Notes under the pieces: generated by a model
Database searches by the model: none
Told to the model about the DNA's origin: nothing
Seen by the model: the letters and a program-made list of their open reading frames with translations, nothing else
Position numbers and translations under genes: made by a program
Shown here: piece after piece, positions 51,618 to 64,000 of the stretch
Layout of the letters: each line of letters opens with the position of its first letter
How positions within the stretch are numbered: the stretch's first letter is position 1
Source of the DNA: Octopus sinensis
Lineage: Eukaryota
Assembly: GCF_006345805.1 (NCBI RefSeq)
Contig: NC_043011.1
Coordinates: forward strand, 42,358,464 to 42,422,463
Reading direction: 5' to 3'
DNA: 64,000 nucleotides

Positions 51618-53207
51618 CTGAAAGAGGAGTTTTTAAATATTGATTACATTCCACACAAAAGCAGCCACATGGGTGACATCAAGGCAAAAAAAATAAACCA
51701 AAACAGAAAAAGTCCTTCACAACCACATGGTTCCAGATTCAGTTCCACTGTGTAACACCTTGGGCAAGAGTTTTCTACTATAGCCTCAGACCAACCAAAA
51801 CCTTGTGAGTGGATTTGGTGGACAGAATCTGAAGGAAACCTGTTATGTGTGCATATATATGTATGTGTGTGTGTCCGTGTGTCCTTCACCATTGCATGAT
51901 GACTGGTGTATTTATGTCCCTGTAACTTAGCAGTTTGGCAAAAGAGACCGATAGAATAAGTACCAGGCTTAAAAATAACATACAAGGGTCGATTCATTCG
52001 ACTAAAAATTCTTCAAGGCAGTGCCCCAGCATGGCCACCGTCTAATGACTGAAAGCAGTAAAAGGTTAGTTGCTTTAATTACAGAGATCTCCTTTGGTTG
52101 AATTACAAAAAATTTTGAATATGGATAATCTCAGTTAATCCAGGTTTTTCAACACATACTTTTGTATATTTATTATCTAACTAATCCCTTGAGTTCCTTT
52201 GCAAGATCTTTGCAGTTAAAAATTTCCAGTGATTCAAAGTTGATGAGACACATTTTATTTTTTATTGTACAAATTCACAAATGAGAGAAACGTAAGTTAG
52301 TAAGTTTGCCATTAATTACTTTTTAATTTTTGCTTTATTTGATTAAAGGCAAAAACGCCACGACTTGACTTTATTCCTCAAAGTCAGTAGAATTGGTTAC
52401 CTATTGATAGTTACCTTTAATCAGGGAGAACAAGAAATTGATTATTCAAGGAACTGATGTACACGAATGTGTAAGAGAGGAAAGGAGAAAGAAAAGGCAG
52501 AAAGGGAGAAGGACAGAGAGAGAATGTAGGCGAGGTTTTTTGTTCAAAGGGAAGTAAATGTTTAAGCCTTAATCGTTGATGATTTTCACAGTTACGTCCC
52601 TTGAGGGTAATTCTTTTGCATTAACAAAAAATTGACTTGAGTCTGCTCAGATCATCACTTTCTCTTCGAACTCTTCGAATTGTTTGTAAGCCTAGTACTT
52701 ATTCTATCGGTCTCTTAAAATCAAAAAGAGGCTGAATACTACAACAACAACAATATTTCTTTGATTTCGTTTTTCAAACAACTTAGACTAAGTCTACAAA
52801 TTCTGCAATATTTTTGAATCGGTATAGCTGATTTTCCCTCATAAATGGAAGACAGATAACACCCATCATATCACCAAGAAATGTTAGCAGATATGTTTCT
52901 TTGCAGTTATGGTTGTTATTGTTTCATCCCAGATCAGTCAAGAACAAATCGATCTCTGATCAAAAGAGTTCCAGCTGTGACCATTATATACAATAAATAT
53001 ATATATACATATGTATAGTCTCTTGTTTCAGTCATTTGACTGCGACCATGCTGGAGCACCGCCTTTAGTTGAACAAATCGACCCCAGGACTCATTGTTTG
53101 TAAGCCTAGTACTTATTCTATCGGTCTCTTTTGCTGAACCACTAAGTTACGGGAATGTAAACACACGAGCATCAGTGTTTGTGCGTGTGTGCATGTATGT
53201 ATGTGTG

Positions 53208-53241
<34 letters not shown>

Positions 53242-53698
53242 AGGCGAGCTGGCAGAAACGTTAGTATGCTGGGTGAAATGCTTAGCAGTATTTCGTTTGT
53301 TTTTACATTCTGAGTTCAAATTTCAACCAAGGTTGACTTTGCCTTTCATCCTTTCAGGGTCACTAAATTAAGTACCAGTTGTGTACTGGGGTTGATGTAC
53401 TCGACTAGTCTCCTCCTACCAAAATATCAGGCCTTGTGCCTTTTGTAGACAAGATTATTATTATTATTAGTTTATTTGTCAGAGTTCTTTTGTTACACCT
53501 GCTGTGACCTCTTCAATGACTCTCTCTTCCTCGTGTCTCTTCTTCTCTTTGGTCTTGTCCAGTTTATTCCATTTTGTCTTTCTGTGGTATTTATTGGCAA
53601 AAATAACTGAACTCAGATATAGCAACATCTTTTTCAAAACACGAATTCACATAAAAAAATTTTGCAAAACAAATATATATATACAAATATATACTCAC

Positions 53699-53842
53699 CA
53701 TAATACTTTTATACACGTGAGTTCCACTACTTTCTTCAGTCTGTACACTGACTTTAATGATACAAGAATCAGGGAAACGATATGGTGATGTGACATCGCT
53801 ATCTGATGATAGAAGTGATGATGCAGATGAGGAATGAGATAT
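53699..53842 (-). CDS. RALGDS: RalGDS/RGL family exon, start of Ras-association domain (ISHSSS...DSCIIKVSVQTEESSGTHVYKSIM)
   Basis: ctctctag acceptor, ATG|GTGAGT donor, 144 nt phase 0-0. D.CII.VS...YKSI is the RalGDS RA beta1-beta2 signature. Confidence 0.88.
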
Positions 53843-54290
53843 CTAGAGAGGAAAAAGGAAAAACAAAAAAAACAATTAAAAAGGAATTTTAAAAACAATT
53901 AAAAATAAATTTATAAAAAAGAAAAGATGTATAAAAATGCTAAAATGTAAAAAACAAATTGACAGAACTTTGTCCTGGGAAAAAACATAAAATTGTGTCA
54001 TATGGTGAGGTCCCAGCTTGGAGGGTTCAGAGTTTTGTTAAATGCAGGGTTAACCCTTAGTAATCACTACTCTTAAGTCTGCTTTGACTCAGGAGCTGTT
54101 AAGGGTTGCAGTTACAGGTTCAAAAGGAGAAGACAGTCTTGTGGTTAAGACATGCAGGACTCAGAGAGGAGGGCTGGTACCTGGACATGTGTCACACAAT
54201 GCCACAGGTGAGTGGACATAATCTGGTGTCATGTGAACCTGTCCTCCTATGTTAATTAGAACATGGTGCTTTGGAAGGGTTGGGTTAGGG

Positions 54291-54352
<62 letters not shown>

Positions 54353-54489
54353 CAGGAGGCTATCAAAGTAAATAAGGCAGCAGAAACAAACTTCTGTATC
54401 TTTCCCAAGAAGAAAAAAATATGACCTGAGGATCCATGGGTGCTGCTGCCTAGAAAAAAGCAGGTGGTGGGGGAGATGGAGAGAAGCAA

Positions 54490-54521
<32 letters not shown>

Positions 54522-54603
54522 ACAGGCAAAGAGAGAGATGGAGAGGCGAAGAGAAAGAGAGAGAGACAGATGGAGAGAAAAAGATGAAGAGAACTATCTA
54601 GAA

Positions 54604-54793
54604 CAGTGGTTCCCAGCCTTTGTTATGCCCTGCACCCCTAAAAACTTTTAATATGTTCTCACACCCCTTAAAGAAATAATCTACATAAGAATAAAGGTGC
54701 CTGGGGCAATTGCCCTCTTTGACCCCCCTATAAACCCAGCCCTGCATGCAACCTCCTGGAATGCTATCTCACACCCCTGGTTGGGAAACCCTG
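54604..54793. mobile_element. hAT (Charlie-like) MITE
   Basis: TIR CAGTGGTTCCCA/TGGGAAACCCTG; perfect 8-bp TSD ATCTAGAA (54596-54603, 54794-54801). Confidence 0.88.
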
Positions 54794-55180
54794 ATCTAGA
54801 AGACAGAGAATTTAAAAATAAACCAACATGCCATATCCGATTACAATTCCAAAATGGAGCCAATTCATTTATGATGTTAACTAACTTTAGGAAAGGAATG
54901 GCTACCACAACATCCCATATAAACAAGCTCAGATATAGCTGAATGAAAGAGTATCTGTTCAATTCATCCATGTCCAATGGTTCTTAACTTATACCTTCCT
55001 ACATTTGGAAGTTTCTTCCAACATGAAACCATTCAGTAACATGATTTGGCTGTAATGAAATGAAATTTATAACATTGCCTAAATTAATATAATCTACTCC
55101 ATAAACTAAAATACATGGGGCCTGTTTTTTCCTTGGCTTATTAAACTATATACAGACATACAATCACACACACACACACA

Positions 55181-55239
<59 letters not shown>

Positions 55240-55309
55240 TATATATATATAATAAAATATTAGGGGAAAAATCAGATTTAGGATTGAATCCAATTTTATA
55301 GTCAAATAT

Positions 55310-55563
55310 TATATTATATTAAATTAGAGATAAAACCACTATTAGGCAAATCATACAATGAAAAACTTAAGCCAATACATAAGATTAATTAATTTATATT
55401 ATTTTAAATATATATCAAAATTATTAAAAAAGATAATTATCTTTTTTAATAATTTTGATATATATTTAAAATAATATAAATTAATTAATCTTATGTATTG
55501 GCTTAAGTTTTTCATTGTATGATTTGCCTAATAGTAGTTTTATCTCTAATTTAATATAATATA
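55310..55563. repeat. 254-bp palindrome, no spacer, one mismatch
   Basis: Centre between 55436 and 55437; only mismatch at 55337/55536. Confidence 0.95.
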
Positions 55564-55880
55564 TATATATAGATCATAAAACAAGAAAACAATGACTATA
55601 GAATAAAGCATAAGTATAAATATGATAAAACAAAAAAAATAAATATAAATATTAAACAAAAGTGTAAAACAGCAGGAAAATAGAAAGAAACAAATAAGCA
55701 TGTACTTAATAAAATGTATGTTAAATATATTTTGCCATAAAGGAAGATAATTAATAGAATTGTAATTAATAGACTAATTAATAAAATGAAAAAAAAAACA
55801 GAAATAGTTTGGTGTTCAGCAAAAAAAATATTTCTTGAACTACTAAACTGTGTGTATATTATTATTAGCTCTCTCTCTTT

Positions 55881-55953
<73 letters not shown>

Positions 55954-56328
55954 GTGTATGTGTGTGTGAAACTATTCAGTCTCATTGTTAAGGAATTTCT
56001 GAGGATGGGAGAGAATCTGATATGAAGTAATTCAGGGAACAGCATTTGAGATCTCATTACATATGCTATTGTAGAGATCCCTTAAACAGTTACCTGTTGC
56101 ATAACTTGATACACACATACACACATGCAGAGAACTACAAACAAATACTACTACAGAACAAATATTTTATATACCATCATGAGAAGTAGACATGGTATGT
56201 GTGTGTGTGTGTGAGTGACTGGTTATGTACCATAACCAAGAGTACAGTACTTGACAACGTGAAAGTATAACTGCTCAAATTCTCTTTTAAAGTACGCTTT
56301 TTCTTCTGACTAATGGACAAATGACCAA

Positions 56329-56359
<31 letters not shown>

Positions 56360-57322
56360 TCTTTTGCTTGTTTCAGTCATTTGACTGTGGCCATGCTGGA
56401 GCACTATTTTTTTTGTAAGCCTAGTACTTATTCTATCGGTCTCTTTTGCCAAACCGCTAAGTTATGGGGATATATTATTGAGAGAGAGAGAGAGAGAGAG
56501 AAACAACACACACAAATGTATAGGGACAGAAAGAGAGAAAGGGTCAGACAGGCAAATAAAAATGTTTATATGGATGTGTGTGTGTGTGTGTGTATATAAT
56601 AACTACACACACACACATACACATCCATAGATACATCACACCCATTGAACCAACAGAAAATAATGAGGCTTCTGCTATACACAGCAACTAATTAGACCCT
56701 AATTAAGGTAGTAATAATTGGTTGCTGTGTCAATTTTCTTGTCTTTATGGATTTCAGCTTAGAGATTTTCTTCACAATAAGAGTAAGACATGATGAGTTA
56801 CAAGGGCTGGATTCCAATAATGGCAAATGGTAAGTTAATGGCACTGTTGAATCTAAGACAACTAGAATGGTGAAAAAAAACACACATACACACACACAAA
56901 TAAATAATGGGATGTTTGTTAATGACAAAAATGCTTATAAAAACAAAAAGAATGTGTCATCTGCATGTTCTGTATATCCGTTAATAATCATTAGCAAAAA
57001 TTAATAATCGTTAGCAATTCTCAGTTTGTTGAGAGTGTTAGTATATTAGCAATACAGTATTGTTAGTATGAAAGCAATATTGTTAGTAGAAGGTGAGTAT
57101 TTGGCGAGCTGGTTTCAATTCCCGACAGAAGTCACTTCACATCAATGCTAATGATGTTGCTAATAGTTTTTTGGAGCGGAATAACCATCACAAACTTCTT
57201 ATTTTCTCTTCTATTTAAATCTAGATATCCACATCTAATTGCAAAATAAGCTGATGTTAAATCATCCCAAGAAATCCTGTAAAGCCATGTTGTATATATG
57301 TATATTTATTACACATACATTA

Positions 57323-57359
<37 letters not shown>

Positions 57360-57636
57360 CACAGAGTTTAGTGTCTTGGTCAAAAGAGAAAAAAAAAAAG
57401 AAGAAAAGAAAAGAATGCCTGAAGCAGAATTTGAACCCGTGTTTACCAAAACCATTATGTGCAGAGTGATACCTTGATACCTGATCATTTTGCCTCACAC
57501 TTGTACTTGTATCCACACATTCAAAATCACAAACAAACACACACACACACACACACACACACAAGTGTTGGCACTCGACAATGACAACATTGAGACATCA
57601 ACTGTGTGGATCACTCCAAAGAAGGGAGATAACTAC

Positions 57637-57792
57637 CTTTGCGACGGCAGGGTTTTGAGGCACGGGGCTTCCATTGGCCACTTTGGTTGGCAGCAGTGAT
57701 ACAACAAGGGGGAAGCATGCACTGTACTTGATGGCTTCGTTTTTCACTGGTGTCCTCATCTCCAGATCACTGTTAAGGCAACTCAAGCCAAC
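57637..57792 (-). CDS. Possible symmetric 156-nt cassette exon of the RalGDS/RGL gene (VGLSCLNSDLEMRTP...NPAVAK)
   Basis: tttttag acceptor, AAG|GTAGTT donor; only frame 0 is open; unique GC-richer sequence. No recognisable homology. Confidence 0.35.
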
Positions 57793-60700
57793 CTAAAAAT
57801 TACAGGTTCAAAAACAAAACGTCAACTTGATCCATAGTCAGTGGTTGTGGTGGTGGTGGTGGGGTGGAGGTGCGTGGTGGAAGGATGTCCACAGAGGGTC
57901 GGGTGGAGGATCGGGTGGAGAACCAGTTCCTTTGAAACAACACCACATACCACTTGACCAATCTCACTTTTTTCCATGATCTAAAAAGCTTCAAATAAGA
58001 TTCTTTCTGAAACGACACATCTCTGCAACAACAACAAGAACAACAACAACTACTACTACTACTACTATTACAGCAACTGCTGCTGCTGCTACTACTACCA
58101 TTGCTACAATACAATTTTGAACCACAACAGCAATTAATTACAAACATTGATTACAAGCTCAAGAAGAACCACTTTTTCCTTTTCTCAGCTCACCTCCCCC
58201 CCATCATTCCTCTACTTGACCCTCTACTCTCCCCCTTTGGTTCCATCCTGTCTATGGAATATTCTGTTTATGTCTTTGAGACACAGTTAATCTGGTTCCG
58301 GTGTTATTTTTGCTAAGTTCTCCCATTTCTGCAACCCCCCATCTACCCATCCATCCACCCACCCATGCAGTATTCTGTGTCTAACCTAAATCTTTTCTTT
58401 CAACACTCTGCACCATCTTATCAACAACAAGCAACAACAACAACAACAACAACAGCAATATGAATTTTCCTGTTGCAGCATAAATTGCACCAATGTGTGC
58501 AATGTGCACCTGCAACAAAAGTAACAACACCTGCAACAAAAAAAAAAGAACACCCCTCCCCTGCTGCTTCTGTAGTTTAATAAAAGAGTGCTTTAGTGCA
58601 TGCCTGCATCTTAATTACTACAACAACTAAAACAATAACGAAGATATTACTTAAGAAGCCAAACGTTTGCACCAACACATGCATGTTATGCACTAATGCA
58701 TATGAATGCACCAACACGTATGCATGCAACACCTCATGCATGTGTGTGTATTTTAATGCATATACACACAATTTGCAGTTATGAATGCAACCAACCATAC
58801 AACTCCCCCTCCAAAATATAAACACATCCAAAATTCATTATTTCATTATAAATAAAACAACATGCAGCAAATTTATTATTATGGCTGGGAGAGATTTTAT
58901 GATTCATACACACATACACACACACACAAATTAAATACATACCTTTTTTCTAAATATTATTATAAGATTTTACCGTATATATTGACTATAGAAAGAAGTC
59001 TAGTATTAGGGCATCTAAACCCATGATAGAAAAAATGGATATTAGTACATGTGGGACTAGAACCCACCCCTCATTTTTCTCATGGATTTATAAGCCTCAA
59101 TATTAAACAATTTTCAATACTCAATATATACAATGAAAACTTATATTTACAAAAGATTTTTGCCTGTCACCATTTCTTAATTTACACAGAATACACATAC
59201 TCAAATGCATGCATGCACACACACACATCATATATATAATATATCAATTGTATAAATTGACACACACATAAATTATACATACTGGAATTATAGATAATAC
59301 ACAAATTGTATATATATATTATGTATCTATGAATGTATGCATGTATATGTGAATGCACACACAATTTCTATTTACATTTATGGATGCCAGTACCCACTGA
59401 CTGGCTTCCATGCCAGTGGCATGTAAAAAGCACCATCCAAAAGTGGTTGATGCCAGTACCCGCTGACTGGCTCCTGTGCCGGTTGCATGTAAAAAGCACC
59501 ATCCGAACGTGGCCAATGCTAGAACCACCTGACTGGTTCCTGTGCTGGTGGCATGTAAAAAGCACTCATGACACTCTCAGAGTGGTTGGCATTAGGAAGG
59601 GCATCCAGCTGTAGAAACATTGCCAGATCAGAGTGGAGCCTAGTGCAGTTGCTGGCTCTCCAGACCTCAGTCAAACCATCCAACGCAGCCCAGCATGGAA
59701 AACGGACATTAAACGATGATGATGATGATGATGGAAATGTCTAACCGGTGCTAGTACAGAAAAATGAATGCACACATACACACGTATGTGGATTATATAT
59801 TATATAATCTGTTTCATCATCACTATTTAATACCCATGTTCCATGCTTGCATGGGTTGGCAGAATCTGCTAAGTTCAAGGATTGCATCATGTCAAATGGT
59901 TGCATTGGCATGGTTTCTACAGCTGGATGCCCTTTCTAACACCAACCACTTAGCAGTGTGCACTTGGTGGTGCATTTTTTCCATAGCACCAGCACTAGTG
60001 GGGTTACCATGCAGCTCATGAGACTACAGACCCTACAATAATATATATATTACACACTCACAGGCACATCATCATTATTTAACTTCTGGTGTTCATATTG
60101 GCATGGGTCAGATGGTTTGACCAGGGCTGGCAAGCTGGTGGGGCTACACCAGACTCCAGTTTGATTTAGCATGGTTTCTACAGCTGGATGCCCTTCCTAA
60201 CACCAAACACTCCGAGAGTGTAATGGGTGCCTTTTTCATGCTACTGGTACGGGTGCCATTTCTGTGCTGGCGGCACAGATATACAATAAGCTTCTTGCAG
60301 TTTCTGCCTCCCAAATTCTCCCACTAGGCATTGGTCAGCTTGGGGCTATAATAGAAGATGAGAACTCAAGGAGCTGTGCAGCAGGAATGAACCCAAAACC
60401 ACAGGGGTGCAGAGCAAACTTCCGCAGCCATGCTTATTACATCTAACACTTAGATGCAATATGAACCTCCAGCATGTCTAGTGAAAGAGACGGTGGACGT
60501 TGGTGACCAGGTAGTTGTCATTGGTCTTACAGATAGGGAGTAGATATTGACAGTAAAATTGGACACAGTTCTCTGGTTTAAAATGTGACAGAGACATACA
60601 ATCAGATAGTGTAAAATGCTGATGGGAGAAGATAGACAGATATAAAGTTAGTCAGAGCATGTCCATCTGTGTGTGTGTGTGAGAGAGAGAGAGAAGAGGA

Positions 60701-61242
60701 GAGGGAGAGAGAGAGAGAGGCACAGTGAAGAACAAGTGTGCATTTTACAATTGAGGTGTATTATAAAACTATTTGAAATGGTGAGAAATACTAAGGTGAC
60801 ACAGTTGTTTACAAAAGGTGTCTGTAGTCTGTCAGGTGGAAAGACAAAATGAGAGAAAACAAGTTGGAAAGAACAGAAATATTAATAGAAAGAAAAAAAA
60901 TCCACACAAGAGATTTGTTTACACACACACACGCACACATACACACATCTATTTCTGTATTGCTTGTGTGTAGAATTAAACATATTTTTCCTATGGTAAG
61001 CAAACAGTAACTGAGTTTGTTTTCATTTTGGGTTTTTTTTGTTGTTTTTGTTTGACATGTGGCAGCATGGATATACAATGGTGCATATGTACACATACAT
61101 ACATTACATATATATACATACACATGTACATACATATACATACAAACATACATACACAAAAACAAACGTATATACATAGACAGATTTGACTCGTTTGCAG
61201 ACAATCTGGGTATATAACTATATTACAAGACTTGGCTTATAA

Positions 61243-61286
<44 letters not shown>

Positions 61287-61288
<2 letters not shown>

Positions 61289-61457
61289 CGCAGGAGTGGC
61301 TGTGTGATAAGTAACCACATGGTTCCGGGTTCAGTCCCACTGCGTGGCATCTTGGGCAAGTGTCTTCTGCTATAGCCCCGGGCCGACCAATGCCTTGTGA
61401 GTGGATTTGGTAGACGGAAACTGAAAGAAGCCTGTCGTATATATGTATATATATATA

Positions 61458-61490
<33 letters not shown>

Positions 61491-61642
61491 CTGTGTTTGT
61501 CCCCCTAGCATTGCTTGACAACCGATGCTGGTGTGTTTACGTCCCCGTCACCTAGCGGTTCGGCAAAAGAGACCGATAGAATAAGTACTGGGCTTAGAAA
61601 GAATAAGTCCCGGCTCCAGCATGGCCGCAGTCAAATGACTGA

Positions 61643-61647
<5 letters not shown>
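61287..61647 (+). mobile_element. tRNA-headed bipartite SINE, family A (label mine), near full length
   Basis: A box TGGCTGTGTG, B box GGTTCAGTCC, central (TA)/(TG) microsatellite, tail ...gcatggccgcagtcaaatgactgaaac. Confidence 0.9.
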
Positions 61648-61687
<40 letters not shown>

Positions 61688-62271
61688 ACATTTAGACTAA
61701 ACACAAATACACATGCATTGAGTATAAGTACAAAACAATATATGTGTGTGTGTGTGTGTGTGCATGTGTGTCTAAGTATGTATGTGTGTATATGAAACTA
61801 TGTTCTTTGAACACTTGCTGAGAATTTCTTTGTTCTCAACTTTGGTCTTCTTCCTTATCTTCACACACACACACACACAGACAGAGATAGATAGACAGAG
61901 AAACTAGACAATGACTAGACACCTTGAGGTCCATAAAGGTCAGATATACATATGTAAAGGTCAGAGTTCAAATAGAGCTTTCAACACATTTGTCAAACAA
62001 TGTTTCTTTCACTCATTCTCACACAACCCAAGCACACCCCCACCCTACCCATATACATTCATTCCACCCACACAGACACAGCAAGACAAACAGACAGACA
62101 GTGCAAATATTTGAACACTATATGCCATTCGAAAAATGTAATATCAGAAATGAAAAAAAAAAAAAAAAAACTATTTTGCTTAATTCTCAACCGATGAGAC
62201 AAACCAAACAGAGATATTTGAAAAATATATATCAAAATTTAAAACATGAACAGTTGAAAAACAACACTCCA

Positions 62272-62302
<31 letters not shown>

Positions 62303-62353
62303 TGTATGTATATATAGAATAGATAGATATCTCATTAAAGATTCTCTTTATAC

Positions 62354-62385
<32 letters not shown>

Positions 62386-62687
62386 ACATGCGCTTGTTGT
62401 GTACACTGAAAACTAATAAAAACAAAATACTCCAAAAAATTGAAACCTTACCAACTAACAAAAAAGATAAGCAACAAACGTGACAACAACTATGATAACA
62501 ACAACAACAACCACCACAGCAACTATAACAATAACCGCGATTACATCAACAGTGTAAAGCACAGCAGCTAATCTCCATGAGAACTCAGTATTTTTGAAAT
62601 CTTAACAGTTATTTGAAATCCATTTGTGTCAAGGAAGACATTCAAGGGAAATCTAAACCAGTCAGATACAGAATGGCTAACAAACAC

Positions 62688-63000
62688 ATGGTTGACAGGT
62701 GGGTGGTTGACTGACAGGTGGTTGACAGATGGTTGACATAGACAGGCAGTGGATATGGAGATGGGTTTTGGTAGACAATAGTTGACAATCAGGTATTTGA
62801 TGAATAATGACTGATGGAGAGATAAGGGATTCACAAGACATTTAACTGACAGAGACACAGTAGTTGATACATAAGTGATTGACAATATCTGATAGACAGA
62901 CAGGGGACTGACAATATATGTTGACAGGTAGACAGGTGATTGACAGACAATAGTTGACAATAAGACAATGGTTATCAGATAGGCAGGTCCTTGACACATA
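62688..63000. repeat. Degenerate GTTGACA-rich cryptic tandem repeat
   Basis: Repeated ggttgacag/gttgaca motifs at irregular period. Confidence 0.7.
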
Positions 63001-63843
63001 GACAATGGTTAACAGTATAGCTGAAAAAAGAGAAATGACAGGTCAACAGTTATTTAAAAACATGTACACAAATGCAGGGTAACATGTTCTATTAGCTGAG
63101 TTATTCTGTGCAGTGGATGGGGTAGATGGAGCAGGCCTCTCTTTTTGTCTGACTGATGAAACTGACATGGTTAACATGTGCAGGCATTGAAAACCGAGTA
63201 GAGATCTGCGTAAAAGAGATGGGGACAATGATGTGCAAAGAAGAAGCTCTGACTCTCAAAAGAGTTTCTACTGTAATGATGTAGAGGAGTTCAGAGCAAG
63301 TTCTGTCTGTGTGCTGCAGTTTCAAGTCTATCCAAATATCTTATGAGGTTCTGGGGGTGGCTACAGTCTCCTGTAAACCCAGTCTCAACAATCAGCAGTC
63401 TTGAGTTGTGGACTTAACCACAGGTATAAATTAGTGTTCTATTGGTGGAGTTGTACTGTACACAACCAGTAGATTTATTCAATCCCCTGTCATGGTGACC
63501 TTGTCTGTCTCAAGGGGTGGGTACCATATTGATCTGGTTTCTGTTTGGGGGTTTCATTATGAAAACAAAAAAAACCTGACTTTGATCACGACGCACTACC
63601 ATTGTATCTACCTGTAAAATAGGTGTTGGTACAGTCTAATGTGGCTGAGATTGGCAGTAGGATTGTAGCAGCAGGCTGGAAGTGGGATTTTCAGCAGTAG
63701 GTTGGCAGTAGGAAGGAAATCTAGCAGTAGGTTGGCAGTAAGAAGGGATTCCATGAAAAAACAGATGCCATGTTGCTCATGAAAAGTTGGGAGCGGTTGT
63801 GGAATGGAATGTATTTAACTAGTTGGTGTTGATTTATACTTAC

Positions 63844-63967
63844 AAGGGGTCCTGTTGACACAGAGACTGGTGAATCGGACAAACTGGTTACACTGAGACC
63901 ATCGTCGTGGGTGCACACAAACTGAGGTAGTTTTGCAGTGTCCCACTTGCTTGGTTTATGACCCAAA
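63844..63967 (-). CDS. RALGDS: Probable RalGDS/RGL linker exon (LGHKPSKW...HDDGLSVTSLSDSPVSVSTGPL)
   Basis: ctccag acceptor, CTT|GTAAGT donor, single open frame (phase 2 to 0). DDGLSVTS resembles the D.LSV.S motif of the post-GEF linker. Confidence 0.6.
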
Positions 63968-64000
63968 CTGGAGTTTCAAAAGAAAACAAAAATATAAAAT

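Noticed and set aside
57800-58147. PH-domain-like reading KESYLKLFRSWKKVRLVKWYVVL
   Set aside because: Similarity is superficial, no further PH strands follow, the gene context is RalGDS/RGL, and a donor interrupts after WKK.
63043-63600. Further RalGDS exons in unique sequence
   Set aside because: No acceptor/donor pair with compatible phase and open frame could be supported.

Overview
AT-rich, repeat-dense animal genomic DNA, most probably octopus (coleoid cephalopod). That assignment rests on my recollection of the repeat families and the (TA)n/(CA)n richness, not on a search. Two spliced genes lie on the minus strand. (1) A complete ADP-dependent glucokinase (ADPGK): 6 coding exons at 35037-34817, 13997-13772, 12664-12599, 12358-11942, 11149-11042 and 4651(or 4621)-4166. 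All junctions are GT-AG and phase-compatible, giving 507 or 497 aa; intron 1 is 20.8 kb. (2) The 3' end of a RalGDS/RGL Ral-GEF: three RA-domain exons at 53842-53699, 51617-51509 and 50638-50484, a probable linker exon at 63967-63844, and possible extra exons at 57.6-58.0 kb. The rest is at least four tRNA-headed SINE families, decayed RTE LINEs and many RTE 3' tails, Penelope-like remnants, a decayed Tc1/mariner, hAT/piggyBac/Kolobok/Tc1-type MITEs, Helitron-like elements, minisatellites and long palindromes. Best leads: (a) four hammerhead-ribozyme-like motifs, one in the tail of a tRNA-headed SINE with a Penelope-style 5' inverted duplication; (b) a strong-looking 9-nt stop-containing micro-exon (GTG TAG TAT) just before the catalytic last exon of ADPGK; (c) a 254-bp spacer-less palindrome in a RalGDS intron. 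No CRISPR, rRNA or genuine tRNA gene is supported. Exon and TSD coordinates were read base by base; repeat boundaries are approximate.
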